In this document: one piece after another, positions 27,782-36,321 of the stretch | Position numbering within the stretch: the stretch's first letter is position 1 | Layout: each line of letters begins with the position of its first letter | DNA from: a virus | Taxonomy: Duplodnaviria > Caudoviricetes | IMG/VR virus record: IMGVR_UViG_3300005611_001698 | Span: 32,001 to 96,000 of that record | Strand: one strand, 5' to 3' | Length of the DNA: 64,000 nucleotides | Program-made: the position numbers and the translations under genes | The notes under the pieces: generated by a model | Seen by the model: only the letters and a program-made list of their open reading frames with translations | Databases searched by the model: none | What the model was told of the DNA's origin: nothing

Positions 27782-28838
27782 AACGACTAAATCCTCCCTC
27801 TGCTAGGTATTCATCACGTTGAGCAAACTCAATGTCTTTCTTGACCATCTCTTTGATCATTTCCTCTACTGTTACTTCTGGATACCAACCAAGTTCTTGA
27901 CGTGCCTTAGTGGAATCACCCAACAGAGTTTCTACTTCCGCATCACGGAAGTAGCGAGGACTGACCTCAATCACTTTCTTGCTTGTGATCGAATCAAATC
28001 CATACTCATCAACGCCTTCACCAGACCAAACGATGTTCATGCCCAGTTCTTGTGCTGTTAGTTCACAGAACTTACGGACGGTGATCTGTTGCATGGTAGA
28101 GATCACATAGTCATCAGGTTTATCCTGTTGCATCATCAACCACATAGCACGGACATAATCTTTTGCATGTCCCCAGTCACGTTTAGCATCAAGATTGCCA
28201 AGTTTCAAAGTCTTAGCAAGACCCATCTTGACACGGGTAAGATCACGGGTAATCTTACGGGTCACAAAGGTCTCACCACGACGAGGAGATTCATGATTGA
28301 AAAGGATACCAGAGCAAGTAAACATACCATAGGATTCACGATAGTTCTTTGTGATCCAATGAGCATAAAGTTTTGCCACACCGTAGGGTGAGCGTGGATA
28401 GAACGGTGTAGTTTCTGACTGAGGGTTCTCTTGCACCAAACCATACATCTCAGAGGTGGATGCCTGATAGAACTTCACCCTATCGGACATTCCAAGAATA
28501 CGAATAGCTTCAAGAATGCGAAGAGTTCCCAGAGCATCACTGTTTGCAGTGTACTCAGGAGTTTCAAATGACACCTTCACATGACTCTGTGCTCCAAGAT
28601 TGTAAATCTCATCAGGTTGAACCATCTGAATGATTCGAATGAGATTTGTGGAGTCAGTTAGATCACCATAATGCATGGTGAAGTTTTTATTGTTGTTGAA
28701 GATATGGTTGACTCGATCAGTATTGAAAGAAGAACTTCTCCTCTTGATACCATGAACTTCATATCCCATAGAAAGAAGGAGTTCGGCAAGATAGGAACCA
28801 TCTTGACCCGTAACTCCTGTAATCAATGCACGTTTCAT
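27768..28838 (-). CDS. gmd: GDP-mannose 4,6-dehydratase
   Basis: [38 protein letters not shown]. Confidence 0.97.
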   Translation of the reverse strand: MKRALITGVTGQDGSYLAELLLSMGYEVHGIKRRSSSFNTDRVNHIFNNNKNFTMHYGDLTDSTNLIRIIQMVQPDEIYNLGAQSHVKVSFETPEYTANSDALGTLRILEAIRILGMSDRVKFYQASTSEMYGLVQENPQSETTPFYPRSPYGVAKLYAHWITKNYRESYGMFTCSGILFNHESPRRGETFVTRKITRDLTRVKMGLAKTLKLGNLDAKRDWGHAKDYVRAMWLMMQQDKPDDYVISTMQQITVRKFCELTAQELGMNIVWSGEGVDEYGFDSITSKKVIEVSPRYFRDAEVETLLGDSTKARQELGWYPEVTVEEMIKEMVKKDIEFAQRDEYLAEGGFSRYAYE

Positions 28839-29746
28839 ACAATTAGTCTTACGTCTTTGCTGTTGCCTAAACGATTATAGTTTGTTTTGTCTGGAATCAA
28901 ACCATCATCACCGATTCTAGCACAATATCCATGCACATAATCAGTGCCGTCATCTGCTGTTCCCATATTGCAATAGATATTTTCTTCATCAAAGAAAAGA
29001 TCATCGATGGTTTCGATAGTTCTTACACTTTGTCCTTTACCGTAACCAATTCCAGTGTTCAGGTTACTCTTTTCAAAGTGAGCAAATCCATCGTTCTTGT
29101 ATTTACCAGGATCTAAATCGAATACTTTGTAATGGAAGTATGTGGGAATCACACCAGATTTTGTGTTGTGAGAGACTGGTTCAATTCTACCGGCAACAGG
29201 ATTTTCACTTGGAATCTGATGAGTCCAATATTCATTTCCAGTATACTTAAACATGCGTGGTTCAAAACATGTCTTAGTATTATCCCTGAACCAGTAATGT
29301 TTGAATACTTCCGTAGGATTATATGTACCTTTCTCTATACTCTTCAAATACTCTTCCTTTTCGCTGGGATGTGGGAGAACATTGAGTTGATTCCATGAGA
29401 TAACATCTGCCCATGGTTCAACACCTTCAACAACTTTACGGGGATCATGATAGACCCACTCGTCTGCCATAAAACAACCTACCCAATCACCAATTTCAAT
29501 ATAAGGTTTCAAATTATTGAAAGCCGCCTCACGAAGATACTGTTCGTGAAACGGCTTGTCAGTAGGATCTTTTGTGTAAAGGAGTCCATACTCCTCACAC
29601 AGTTTTTTAGTGAAGTCACCATCTGATCCATCTACGACTGAGATCTTATCAAAGACATTGATGTGCTTTTTGACCCAATGTTCAATGATGAGATCATCAT
29701 TGCGAGTCATTACAATACAGTGAACCTTTTGCATTTTATATTTCAA
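28835..29746 (-). CDS. Glycosyltransferase family 2-like protein
   Basis: MTRNDD..VVDGSDG..ADE. Confidence 0.65.
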   Translation of the reverse strand: MKYKMQKVHCIVMTRNDDLIIEHWVKKHINVFDKISVVDGSDGDFTKKLCEEYGLLYTKDPTDKPFHEQYLREAAFNNLKPYIEIGDWVGCFMADEWVYHDPRKVVEGVEPWADVISWNQLNVLPHPSEKEEYLKSIEKGTYNPTEVFKHYWFRDNTKTCFEPRMFKYTGNEYWTHQIPSENPVAGRIEPVSHNTKSGVIPTYFHYKVFDLDPGKYKNDGFAHFEKSNLNTGIGYGKGQSVRTIETIDDLFFDEENIYCNMGTADDGTDYVHGYCARIGDDGLIPDKTNYNRLGNSKDVRLIV

Positions 29747-29756
29747 GGGTTAATAT

Positions 29757-29923
29757 GCTCGCCACCTGGTTTTTGAAAAGAACCAGGAAACTTTGCGGAT
29801 GTAGCGCACCACTTGCTCTTTATACGGAAGCAAGAAACCGTCGAGGGGTCCCGACCAGTGCTGTTATAGACCATCCGTGTCTTGGGTTTGACTCCACCAC
29901 CTAGTTTCAGGAACTAGGAAACT
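29757..29923 (-). ncRNA. manA RNA motif
   Basis: GACACGGAUGG..ACAGCACUGGUCGG core plus GUUUC-stem-UGGYG hairpin units; lies between tRNAs and GDP-mannose genes, the typical context. Confidence 0.75.
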
Positions 29924-30123
29924 CAGACTCTTGCTTTTACCGAAAGATACCAATCATAAAGTTCTTCGATTTTAGCAGCGAGATCATCAGAAACTTTACT
30001 ACCACCACCACATTTTTCATGTGCCTGTGCTTCAAGTTTTTTGAGTCTTGCCTCTACTTCAACATCATACTTTGACATTGCTGCTCCGCTTGCTGATTTT
30101 GCTGCCGTACCTTGTGTTGCCAT
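29923..30123 (-). CDS. Conserved cyanophage hypothetical protein
   Basis: SASGAAMSKYDVEVEARL. Confidence 0.75.
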   Translation of the reverse strand: MATQGTAAKSASGAAMSKYDVEVEARLKKLEAQAHEKCGGGSKVSDDLAAKIEELYDWYLSVKARV

Positions 30124-30146
30124 AATAGAACTGATTGTCTTTTTTT

Positions 30147-30404
30147 TTATTTAGTAACGCAATCTTTGACGTAAGCAGGAACTCTATCTGGATCCAACCA
30201 ACATGTATAATCATGATCTTCCATAGCAGTCATCAACTGCATTTCATTATCACATAGATACATGTCTTTGTATCGTCCCGTGTAAGAATCCATCTTTTGA
30301 ATTCTACAATCTGGTTGACCATTGATTTCCAAAGTGCCACATTGAATGTAGCGATAAGGAAATCTTTCAAGAAGAACAGTTGGTTTCTTGGTAACTTTCA
30401 TCAA
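30147..30404 (-). CDS. Conserved cyanophage hypothetical protein
   Basis: LLERFPYRY..RIQK..YLCDNEMQ..WLDP. Confidence 0.8.
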   Translation of the reverse strand: MMKVTKKPTVLLERFPYRYIQCGTLEINGQPDCRIQKMDSYTGRYKDMYLCDNEMQLMTAMEDHDYTCWLDPDRVPAYVKDCVTK

Positions 30405-30604
30405 ACTTTTTCCAAATCTTGTGCAAGACAGTTGATAAGTGTGCCATAATCATTGGCATCATTATTAAATTCTACACCCTCATTCGCATAATGTCGAATG
30501 ATTTTTTTGTAGAGTTTAGGATTCTTCAAGTCAAGAAAGATAGATCCTTCAACAGTTTCTTCCAACAGAGGAAGATACTTACGAAACTTTTCCGTGACAG
30601 ACAT
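30401..30604 (-). CDS. Hypothetical protein
   Basis: 67-aa ORF; TTGACA-N17-TACAAT promoter at 30655-30627. Confidence 0.7.
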   Translation of the reverse strand: MSVTEKFRKYLPLLEETVEGSIFLDLKNPKLYKKIIRHYANEGVEFNNDANDYGTLINCLAQDLEKV

Positions 30605-30661
30605 TGGACTTTTGATTTACCTTGTTATTGTAGGAGAAAATGGGATTGATGTCAACCCCAA

Positions 30662-30734
30662 TGCTGGTTGCGTGGATCGAACACGCCTTAGGCGAATTAT
30701 GAGTTCGCTGCATTCACCAGATTGCTAAACCAGC
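30662..30734 (-). tRNA. tRNA-Ile2 or Met (CAT)
   Basis: Cloverleaf; anticodon arm GCGAA-CTCATAA-TTCGC; G1-C72 paired, so not an initiator. Confidence 0.88.
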
Positions 30735-30752
30735 AATGCCGTTATTATAGCA

Positions 30753-30929
30753 TCAGAACTTGATTTTTTCTATATCAATCGGTATTCCCCTATTATCTTC
30801 CAATGGATCATAAAGTTTGTTTCTATTTTCTTCCATATCTGTAATGGAAAAGACTTCTCCTGCTGCCATCCTTTCCATATAATAATCATAGTTTGCACGA
30901 AACTCTGCAACTGTAATGTGATTTGACAT
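30753..30929 (-). CDS. Phd/YefM antitoxin-like small protein (58 aa)
   Basis: Hand-translated MSNHITVAEFRANYDYYMERMAAGEVFSITD... Confidence 0.6.
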   Translation of the reverse strand: MSNHITVAEFRANYDYYMERMAAGEVFSITDMEENRNKLYDPLEDNRGIPIDIEKIKF

Positions 30930-30952
30930 TGATAAAGTTTTCTTTTATATAG

Positions 30953-31023
30953 TCGGGGCGGCAAGAATCGAACTTGCACCTCCGCGTCCCAAACGCGGCA
31001 TTCTACCACTATACTACGCCCCG
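30953..31023 (-). tRNA. tRNA-Pro (TGG)
   Basis: CCGCG-TTTGGGA-CGCGG anticodon arm, GTTCGA T-loop. Confidence 0.93.
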
Positions 31024-31112
31024 TGGAGGAAGAAGCGAGATTCGAACTCGCGGAGGCTACTAACCCCATCAGTTTTCAAGGCTGACGCAATCAACCACTC
31101 TGCCATTCTTCC
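31024..31112 (-). tRNA. tRNA-Ser (TGA)
   Basis: Long variable arm, CTTGAAA loop, encoded CCA. Confidence 0.92.
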
Positions 31113-31297
31113 ATATGAACAAACTGTTCTTGCATATTATAAAACAGTTTATGGGTTTCTGTCAAGACATAATACCCAACAATACTTTTACCATCATCTG
31201 TCCAACCATATCCCTTAACCCTCTCACATTTACCATCAATTGTAAAACACTTATCAGTGTGAAGATAACTCTGGTAACGGTCGTCCAGATTAATCAT
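31091..31297 (-). CDS. Hypothetical protein
   Basis: 68-aa ORF coupled (TAATG) to upstream gene; 3' end overlaps tRNA-Ser. Confidence 0.7.
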   Translation of the reverse strand: MINLDDRYQSYLHTDKCFTIDGKCERVKGYGWTDDGKSIVGYYVLTETHKLFYNMQEQFVHMEEWQSG

Positions 31298-31545
31298 TAA
31301 CGTACCTCAAAATCAAGTTTACGAACCTTTCGTTTACGTCGGTTCTCCTGGTATTCTAAGTCCTGTTTTGTTAGAATACCCTGATTATTTACAATCTTTT
31401 CAGAATTCAGTAATACTACTTTACTTAGGTCCGAGGCTGAAACCTTGTCCTCCCTCACCATCATCTGGTTGGGACAACCGCAGCACTGAGTCTTGTTGTT
31501 GCTTGTCAACTCTACATTGCAACTCTTGCATCTGACTGATAACAT
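31297..31545 (-). CDS. Zn-ribbon-like hypothetical protein
   Basis: CKSC..CCGCPN; C-terminal RRKRKVRKLDFEVR. Confidence 0.75.
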   Translation of the reverse strand: MLSVRCKSCNVELTSNNKTQCCGCPNQMMVREDKVSASDLSKVVLLNSEKIVNNQGILTKQDLEYQENRRKRKVRKLDFEVR

Positions 31546-31645
31546 CTTTTAACATTCCTTTAATTTCTTCTAGTTCTTCATGAATATCTTGATGATGAAA
31601 CCGAAGAGGTTTCTGAATCATTTCTTTGAGTTTTTTCTTTTTCAT
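31421..31645 (-). CDS. Hypothetical protein
   Basis: MKKKKLKEMIQKPLRFHHQDIHEEL; long overlap with next gene. Confidence 0.5.
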   Translation of the reverse strand: MKKKKLKEMIQKPLRFHHQDIHEELEEIKGMLKDVISQMQELQCRVDKQQQDSVLRLSQPDDGEGGQGFSLGPK

Positions 31646-31661
31646 ATATGTATGTAATAAA

Positions 31662-31733
31662 TGGGAGATACTGGGATCGAACCAGTGACTCATTCCTTGT
31701 AAGGGAATTACTCTACCGCTGAGTTAATCTCCC
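31662..31733 (-). tRNA. tRNA-Val (TAC)
   Basis: ATTCC-CTTACAA-GGAAT anticodon arm. Confidence 0.93.
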
Positions 31734-31903
31734 TACTCTGGTGGGGAAATATTTAAAATATATTCCACAGTATTCGCAACATCATTCATAGCATCACGAA
31801 GAAAAGGTTGTTGACCAGCCTCCATTAACATTGGATCTTTATGATCCGTAAGAGTCCATCTCCATTGTTTCATTTCTTCCGAGTACCACAAATTAATTTT
31901 CAT
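31733..31903 (-). CDS. Hypothetical protein (56 aa)
   Basis: Hand-translated MKINLWYSEEMKQWRWTLTD..LRDAMNDVANTVEY. Confidence 0.7.
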   Translation of the reverse strand: MKINLWYSEEMKQWRWTLTDHKDPMLMEAGQQPFLRDAMNDVANTVEYILNISPPE

Positions 31904-31939
31904 AATATGTTTTTTTGGTATTTATGGGCATGTGCCCAG

Positions 31940-32010
31940 AGCGAATGACGGGGATCGAACCCGTGACACCAACTTGGAAGGATGGGATGTTACCGCTACA
32001 CCACATTCGC
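31940..32010 (-). tRNA. tRNA-Gly (TCC)
   Basis: CTTCCAA anticodon loop; GCGAATG/CATTCGC acceptor stem. Confidence 0.92.
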
Positions 32011-32034
32011 ACGAATGAAGAGGAAAAATGACAA

Positions 32035-32108
32035 CGGGCAAGGAGGGATTCGAACCCCCGACCTACGCATTAGAAGTGCGCTATTCTAATCCACTGAACT
32101 ACTTGCCC
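32035..32108 (-). tRNA. tRNA-Arg (TCT)
   Basis: GCGCA-CTTCTAA-TGCGT anticodon arm. Confidence 0.93.
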
Positions 32109-32554
32109 AAATTATCAAATTCCCAATGACAATTGGGACATAACGCCATTAGGTTTTCTTTTGAATTTATAACACTTATTAAGGTGTCTCCTTCAAAAGT
32201 TGAAATACCCTTGATGTGAGCAATTTCAACATGTTTATTATAACCGCATTTGAAGCAGGTGTCAAGACCCAGTTTTTTAGCAATGGACCTTGCTCTTGTT
32301 CTAATAAGAGCATATGCTGAAGACCTGTGATGCTTCTCATAAATTGCTTCATTAAGCGTCATATCTACAGTAAAACTACAACATTTTCTACATCTTGTGC
32401 TTCTACTATCGATAGATATACCACATATTTCGCAGTTTTTATCTATTCTAGTTTTTTTCTTTTTTGGATAATGTTTATTGGTCCATTTGGCAGCACAACT
32501 TCTACCACAAAACTTGGGATTAGTATGCTCTACACCGCAGGATAAACATTTCAT
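32099..32554 (-). CDS. HNH homing endonuclease with Cys-rich zinc fingers
   Basis: CxxC pairs; EIAHIKG..NSKENLMALCPNCHWEFD. Confidence 0.88.
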   Translation of the reverse strand: MKCLSCGVEHTNPKFCGRSCAAKWTNKHYPKKKKTRIDKNCEICGISIDSRSTRCRKCCSFTVDMTLNEAIYEKHHRSSAYALIRTRARSIAKKLGLDTCFKCGYNKHVEIAHIKGISTFEGDTLISVINSKENLMALCPNCHWEFDNLGK

Positions 32555-32560
32555 ACCATT

Positions 32561-32712
32561 AATAGATATTACAAAACTATTTATATTTTTTATTTGTAAT
32601 ATCTATTTATTATAATGTATTTTTACCAAATTGTCAAGATCTCTTAAAGACTTTAAAGATGTCCCATCAACCCTGACAGAGTTATCATACTCATATTTAA
32701 TCACCTTGTCAA
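32561..32712 (-). promoter_or_regulatory. Two sigma70 promoters plus a late promoter inside a 15-bp hairpin
   Basis: TTGACA-N17-TATGAT (32712-32684); TTGACA-N17-TATAAT (32637-32609); inverted repeat 32561-32575/32593-32607 with TATAAATA 32585-32578 in the loop. Confidence 0.8.
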
Positions 32713-32743
32713 GGGCCACATTCGATAAATAGCTGAGCACCCA

Positions 32744-33247
32744 ATGAGTGTAAAGATGAAAAGGTTTTTACCTTTCATTATGTTTCTGATGGCGGCACCT
32801 GCAAATGCCGATATGATTCATAAAATTTCATCTAGTGTCCAGTTGAATGTTGAGGGTCCAGCTGTTCAATCGACCAGAATCGGTTCATCCTACTCTGTGA
32901 GCGGTAGCAACATAACAGCAGGAACTCTTGGCGGTCTTACTGCTCCTGCAAGTGCTACTGCCGCTGCTACGATGAGTTCAGGTACATACACACAGACAAC
33001 TGCTGGTGATGCATTCACGTTCAGTGAATCGTTTAATCAGGGCGATGCAATCGTAACCACTCAAACTGCTCTCAGTGGTGGCCAGATTGATCAACCAAAC
33101 ATCTACGGAAACACCACCACACAACTCGGTGGGACCGCTGGAAGTCTTGCTGGTACTATTGGTAGCGATGGTTCCATGACGCTTACAGCAGGCGGTGCTG
33201 GAACGACTGCAACAGGGCAGTTTGTCACGGAGATTACTGTAAGATGA
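32744..33247 (+). CDS. Secreted G/S/T/A-rich hypothetical protein
   Basis: Signal peptide (..APANA), beta-rich body; late promoter ATAAATA upstream. Confidence 0.8.
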   Translation: MSVKMKRFLPFIMFLMAAPANADMIHKISSSVQLNVEGPAVQSTRIGSSYSVSGSNITAGTLGGLTAPASATAAATMSSGTYTQTTAGDAFTFSESFNQGDAIVTTQTALSGGQIDQPNIYGNTTTQLGGTAGSLAGTIGSDGSMTLTAGGAGTTATGQFVTEITVR

Positions 33248-33672
33248 AAAAGTTCCTAGCAGTTTTAGCACTGCTAGGAACTCCTTCTTATGCAGTTCCT
33301 GTGGTGCCTAACTTTACACAAGGAAGTATGACTTCCCATACAGAAACAACAAGTAAAGTCGTAGAGACTATTAATTCTATTGACTACAATACTGGATGGC
33401 AGTATTCAGTAACGGGAACAAATGTCCAGCATAGTGGATCATCAATGTCCCCAAGTGCGATAGATACTACAAACCAAACCATTAACGGCGTGACTTCAAA
33501 ATGGACAGGATTAGATGTCAAAAACAAACCAAACTGGACAATTGTAAATCCAGGAGGAGCGTTTCAGTTCACCGAAAGTTATTCGGGTCCTGGTTTGAGC
33601 AATCAAACAATCATTCAAAGAGAAACAACCATAGAATCCATTACGGACACAACCTCCGTATTCCAACAATAG
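33244..33672 (+). CDS. Secreted hypothetical protein
   Basis: Signal peptide (..PSYA) then VPVVPNFTQG. Confidence 0.8.
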   Translation: MKKFLAVLALLGTPSYAVPVVPNFTQGSMTSHTETTSKVVETINSIDYNTGWQYSVTGTNVQHSGSSMSPSAIDTTNQTINGVTSKWTGLDVKNKPNWTIVNPGGAFQFTESYSGPGLSNQTIIQRETTIESITDTTSVFQQ

Positions 33673-34397
33673 TATTATCATTATTTCTTTCATCTCCCTC
33701 TTATGCTGAAACTGTTGGTGGTGTCTCTGCTACTGCTGCTCCTGTTGCTAATTCCAGCGGCAGCGTTACAAACCAAGCTATACAAGTTCTTCAAGGACCA
33801 TACATTACAAACACATACGGTGCTGGTATTCAATGCCAAGGTCCCACTCTTAACATCACTCCATATGTAACTGGTGCTGCATCAGCAACAAAACCATATG
33901 AAGCATATTATGATAGTCCTGTTTATGATATGAGAGATCTATCTGGTGCTTTTGATGATGAAGGAAATATCATTCCAGATGGAGTTCCTGATAATCCTGG
34001 TGCCATTCTTTATAATGTTCCTACAAGAACGGGACAAAAAGATAACTACAACTTATCTGTGGGTGTATCTGCGACATGGAGTATTCCACAAGATAAGAAA
34101 CTACAAGATCAATGTAAAGAAGCAGCTGCTGCTAACATCGCTTTGATGCAACAGACAACTGCTAATAAGAGATTAGATTTTGAGATTGCAAGACTTAAAA
34201 ATTGTGGTCAGTTAATGAAGGAGGGTATTAGTTTCCACCCCAAATCCCCATACTATAAAGTGTGTGCTGATGTAATGGTTAATAATGTTACTTACATCAA
34301 ACCACACGTGCATTCTATTCCTTCCCCTTCAACTTCCTCAGGGCGTGTGAGTACAAACGCTGCTGATCTTGGCGGTCCTTTAAAGACAAAACCTTAG
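33501..34397 (+). CDS. Secreted/envelope hypothetical protein (start uncertain)
   Basis: Signal-like segment IPTIVLSLFLSSPSYA near 33660-33707, then ETVGGVSATAAPVANSSG; four Cys in the mature part. Confidence 0.75.
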   Translation: MDRIRCQKQTKLDNCKSRRSVSVHRKLFGSWFEQSNNHSKRNNHRIHYGHNLRIPTIVLSLFLSSPSYAETVGGVSATAAPVANSSGSVTNQAIQVLQGPYITNTYGAGIQCQGPTLNITPYVTGAASATKPYEAYYDSPVYDMRDLSGAFDDEGNIIPDGVPDNPGAILYNVPTRTGQKDNYNLSVGVSATWSIPQDKKLQDQCKEAAAANIALMQQTTANKRLDFEIARLKNCGQLMKEGISFHPKSPYYKVCADVMVNNVTYIKPHVHSIPSPSTSSGRVSTNAADLGGPLKTKP

Positions 34398-35118
34398 GTT
34401 TCTTCCCCCGTAGTTTAGAAATCTTCTTCATCACTTTCTTGACCGTTGGTTTGATGACCTTTAATAGGACATCTGCCAGCGGTTTTGCCATAAGTGCTGA
34501 TGCTGTTGCAACGACAGCAATACTAGCAGTTGTCATCACGACACCAGCACTGGGAGCACCAGCAATGATCTGTTCTGGGATTGGTACTTTCTCTGTGATC
34601 TGAATACATTCATTGTTGATAAGTTTATATTCAATAACTTTCTTTCGAAAACCTTCAATATATGTTCCAACAGGTTCTTTTGCCTGTTGTGATGCTGTTG
34701 GACAATCTATCTGAGCAGATGATGGTGCTGCAGCCTTTGGCAAATCTGGATTTACTTTTGGGTCAGGTTTATCACCCAATCCCCCAGTATTGATACCCTC
34801 AAATGGTTTTTGTTTTGGGGTTGGAATTACTTGTTCAGGTTCAAACTGAATAGGATTAAAACTAGGAAGACCAGAATCGCAATACGTCTGTACTCCTCTT
34901 TCGTCATCTGACTTTACTTGATTGTTTTTTGCATTGTTTGTCTCATGTGCCTCAACACACCCAGGCATATCAACAATAGGAACTCCAATCTGCTGTGTTA
35001 CAGGAACAACAGGAGGAATTGCCTGAGGTGGTGTCATTAACCAATCAGGAATATTTGGTATTTCTAACTTTCTAATATTAATGTTATCAGTAGAAACATC
35101 AGGTATTTCCATTAGCAA
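34315..35118 (-). CDS. Pro-rich membrane protein
   Basis: Four Cys, C-terminal TM helix and basic tail. Confidence 0.75.
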   Translation of the reverse strand: MLMEIPDVSTDNINIRKLEIPNIPDWLMTPPQAIPPVVPVTQQIGVPIVDMPGCVEAHETNNAKNNQVKSDDERGVQTYCDSGLPSFNPIQFEPEQVIPTPKQKPFEGINTGGLGDKPDPKVNPDLPKAAAPSSAQIDCPTASQQAKEPVGTYIEGFRKKVIEYKLINNECIQITEKVPIPEQIIAGAPSAGVVMTTASIAVVATASALMAKPLADVLLKVIKPTVKKVMKKISKLRGKKPKVLSLKDRQDQQRLYSHALRKLKGKE

Positions 35119-35759
35119 TCATTGAATATTGATCCAACTTCTGATCCAACTTCACTACCAACTTTATTTCCCAACAAAGTTGCCCATCCTGCGGCTAACC
35201 ATCCGACATATGGAATATTCATTACAGCAGGAACAAGAACCCCAGCACTAATTGCTGTCCCTGCCATTGCACCTTGACTCCGTGCGCCAGCGTCCGCCAC
35301 TATGCACTCTACGTCTTTCGCAGACTTTCCCTCACCGTCTGTTGCGGCACCTCCTGCACCAATATTACGAGTGCCGTTAATAGTGTACTCATCACGGCGA
35401 TACTCACTACGCTTTTCGCTACCACCACCAAACCATCCATTTTTCTTTTTATCAACATCTAATGATCTTTCCGAGGACATCACCTTCGGATCATTTGCTT
35501 TATACTTAATAGAGTATCCATCCTTTCCGACATTAACATCGTAGGATGAATAATCTCCACCAGTTGGTAAGTTGATCGATGGAAACTGAGGACGATCTGC
35601 ATACTTTCCAGTAAGATTAATCAGATGACCCAGAACTCCAATATGAGCAATTCCTATCGTTGCTCCAACAATGCCAATAAACCATTTCATTGGTGATTTC
35701 CTCCTCGTTGGTGTTTTATAAGGGCAGTGTTCTGCTGGATAGTAATCACCAGTTTCCAT
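35112..35759 (-). CDS. Membrane protein with C-terminal glycine-zipper-like segment
   Basis: N-terminal TM helix; GAMAG..IPYVGWLAAG..GSEVGSEVG. Confidence 0.75.
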   Translation of the reverse strand: METGDYYPAEHCPYKTPTRRKSPMKWFIGIVGATIGIAHIGVLGHLINLTGKYADRPQFPSINLPTGGDYSSYDVNVGKDGYSIKYKANDPKVMSSERSLDVDKKKNGWFGGGSEKRSEYRRDEYTINGTRNIGAGGAATDGEGKSAKDVECIVADAGARSQGAMAGTAISAGVLVPAVMNIPYVGWLAAGWATLLGNKVGSEVGSEVGSIFNDC

Positions 35760-35761
35760 GA

Positions 35762-35983
35762 TCAGAATGGAATAGCAGGACCAGTTGTTTTAGGAAACTC
35801 TGAAACGTTTGGCATCAATGGTTCAATGATTTTTGGAAGTGCTTCTGAAATTTCTCTCACAATCTCCTCTCTTGCACTTTCAATCATTGTATCTGCATTT
35901 TTATAAAGATACACTGTTCCAGCAACAGTGGTGAGAGAAACTAAACCAGATAGAAGTGCTACGACATTAATCAGTTTTTGCAT
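35762..35983 (-). CDS. Small single-TM protein
   Basis: MQKLINVVALLSGLVSL..PKTTGPAIPF. Confidence 0.75.
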   Translation of the reverse strand: MQKLINVVALLSGLVSLTTVAGTVYLYKNADTMIESAREEIVREISEALPKIIEPLMPNVSEFPKTTGPAIPF

Positions 35984-36296
35984 CTTTTTTAGGCTCGATA
36001 GCGGAAACAACTTCTGGTTCTTTCTTTTGTGCTTGCTTTTGTTGACCATTTCCATTTCCACCATTTTTGGCAGGAGAAAGACCAAAAGCAGCTAATGAAC
36101 CAGAGAATACTGAGGCAATGAAGGTAGGGTCAAAGTCAAGAATCTTTTGACCGTTTGGAAGTCTAACGTAACTAAATGTGAGAAGAGAAGCAGACCATAT
36201 AAGTACAACTACTTTCACCAGATTAGCCAAAACTTCACCTTTATCTTCATGATCGGTGTGCTTTTCTTCTACAACTGCTGTCTTTTTATCAGACAT
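35967..36296 (-). CDS. Two-TM membrane protein (holin-like topology)
   Basis: Two hydrophobic helices, DFDPTFIASVF, charged C-terminal tail. Confidence 0.7.
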   Translation of the reverse strand: MSDKKTAVVEEKHTDHEDKGEVLANLVKVVVLIWSASLLTFSYVRLPNGQKILDFDPTFIASVFSGSLAAFGLSPAKNGGNGNGQQKQAQKKEPEVVSAIEPKKDAKTD

Positions 36297-36321
36297 TTGT
36301 AGAGAGATCAGGCATTCCTAT

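Noticed and set aside
30770-31069. 99-aa ORF in the track
   Set aside because: Reads through tRNA-Ser and tRNA-Pro; the plausible gene is 30753-30929 in another frame.
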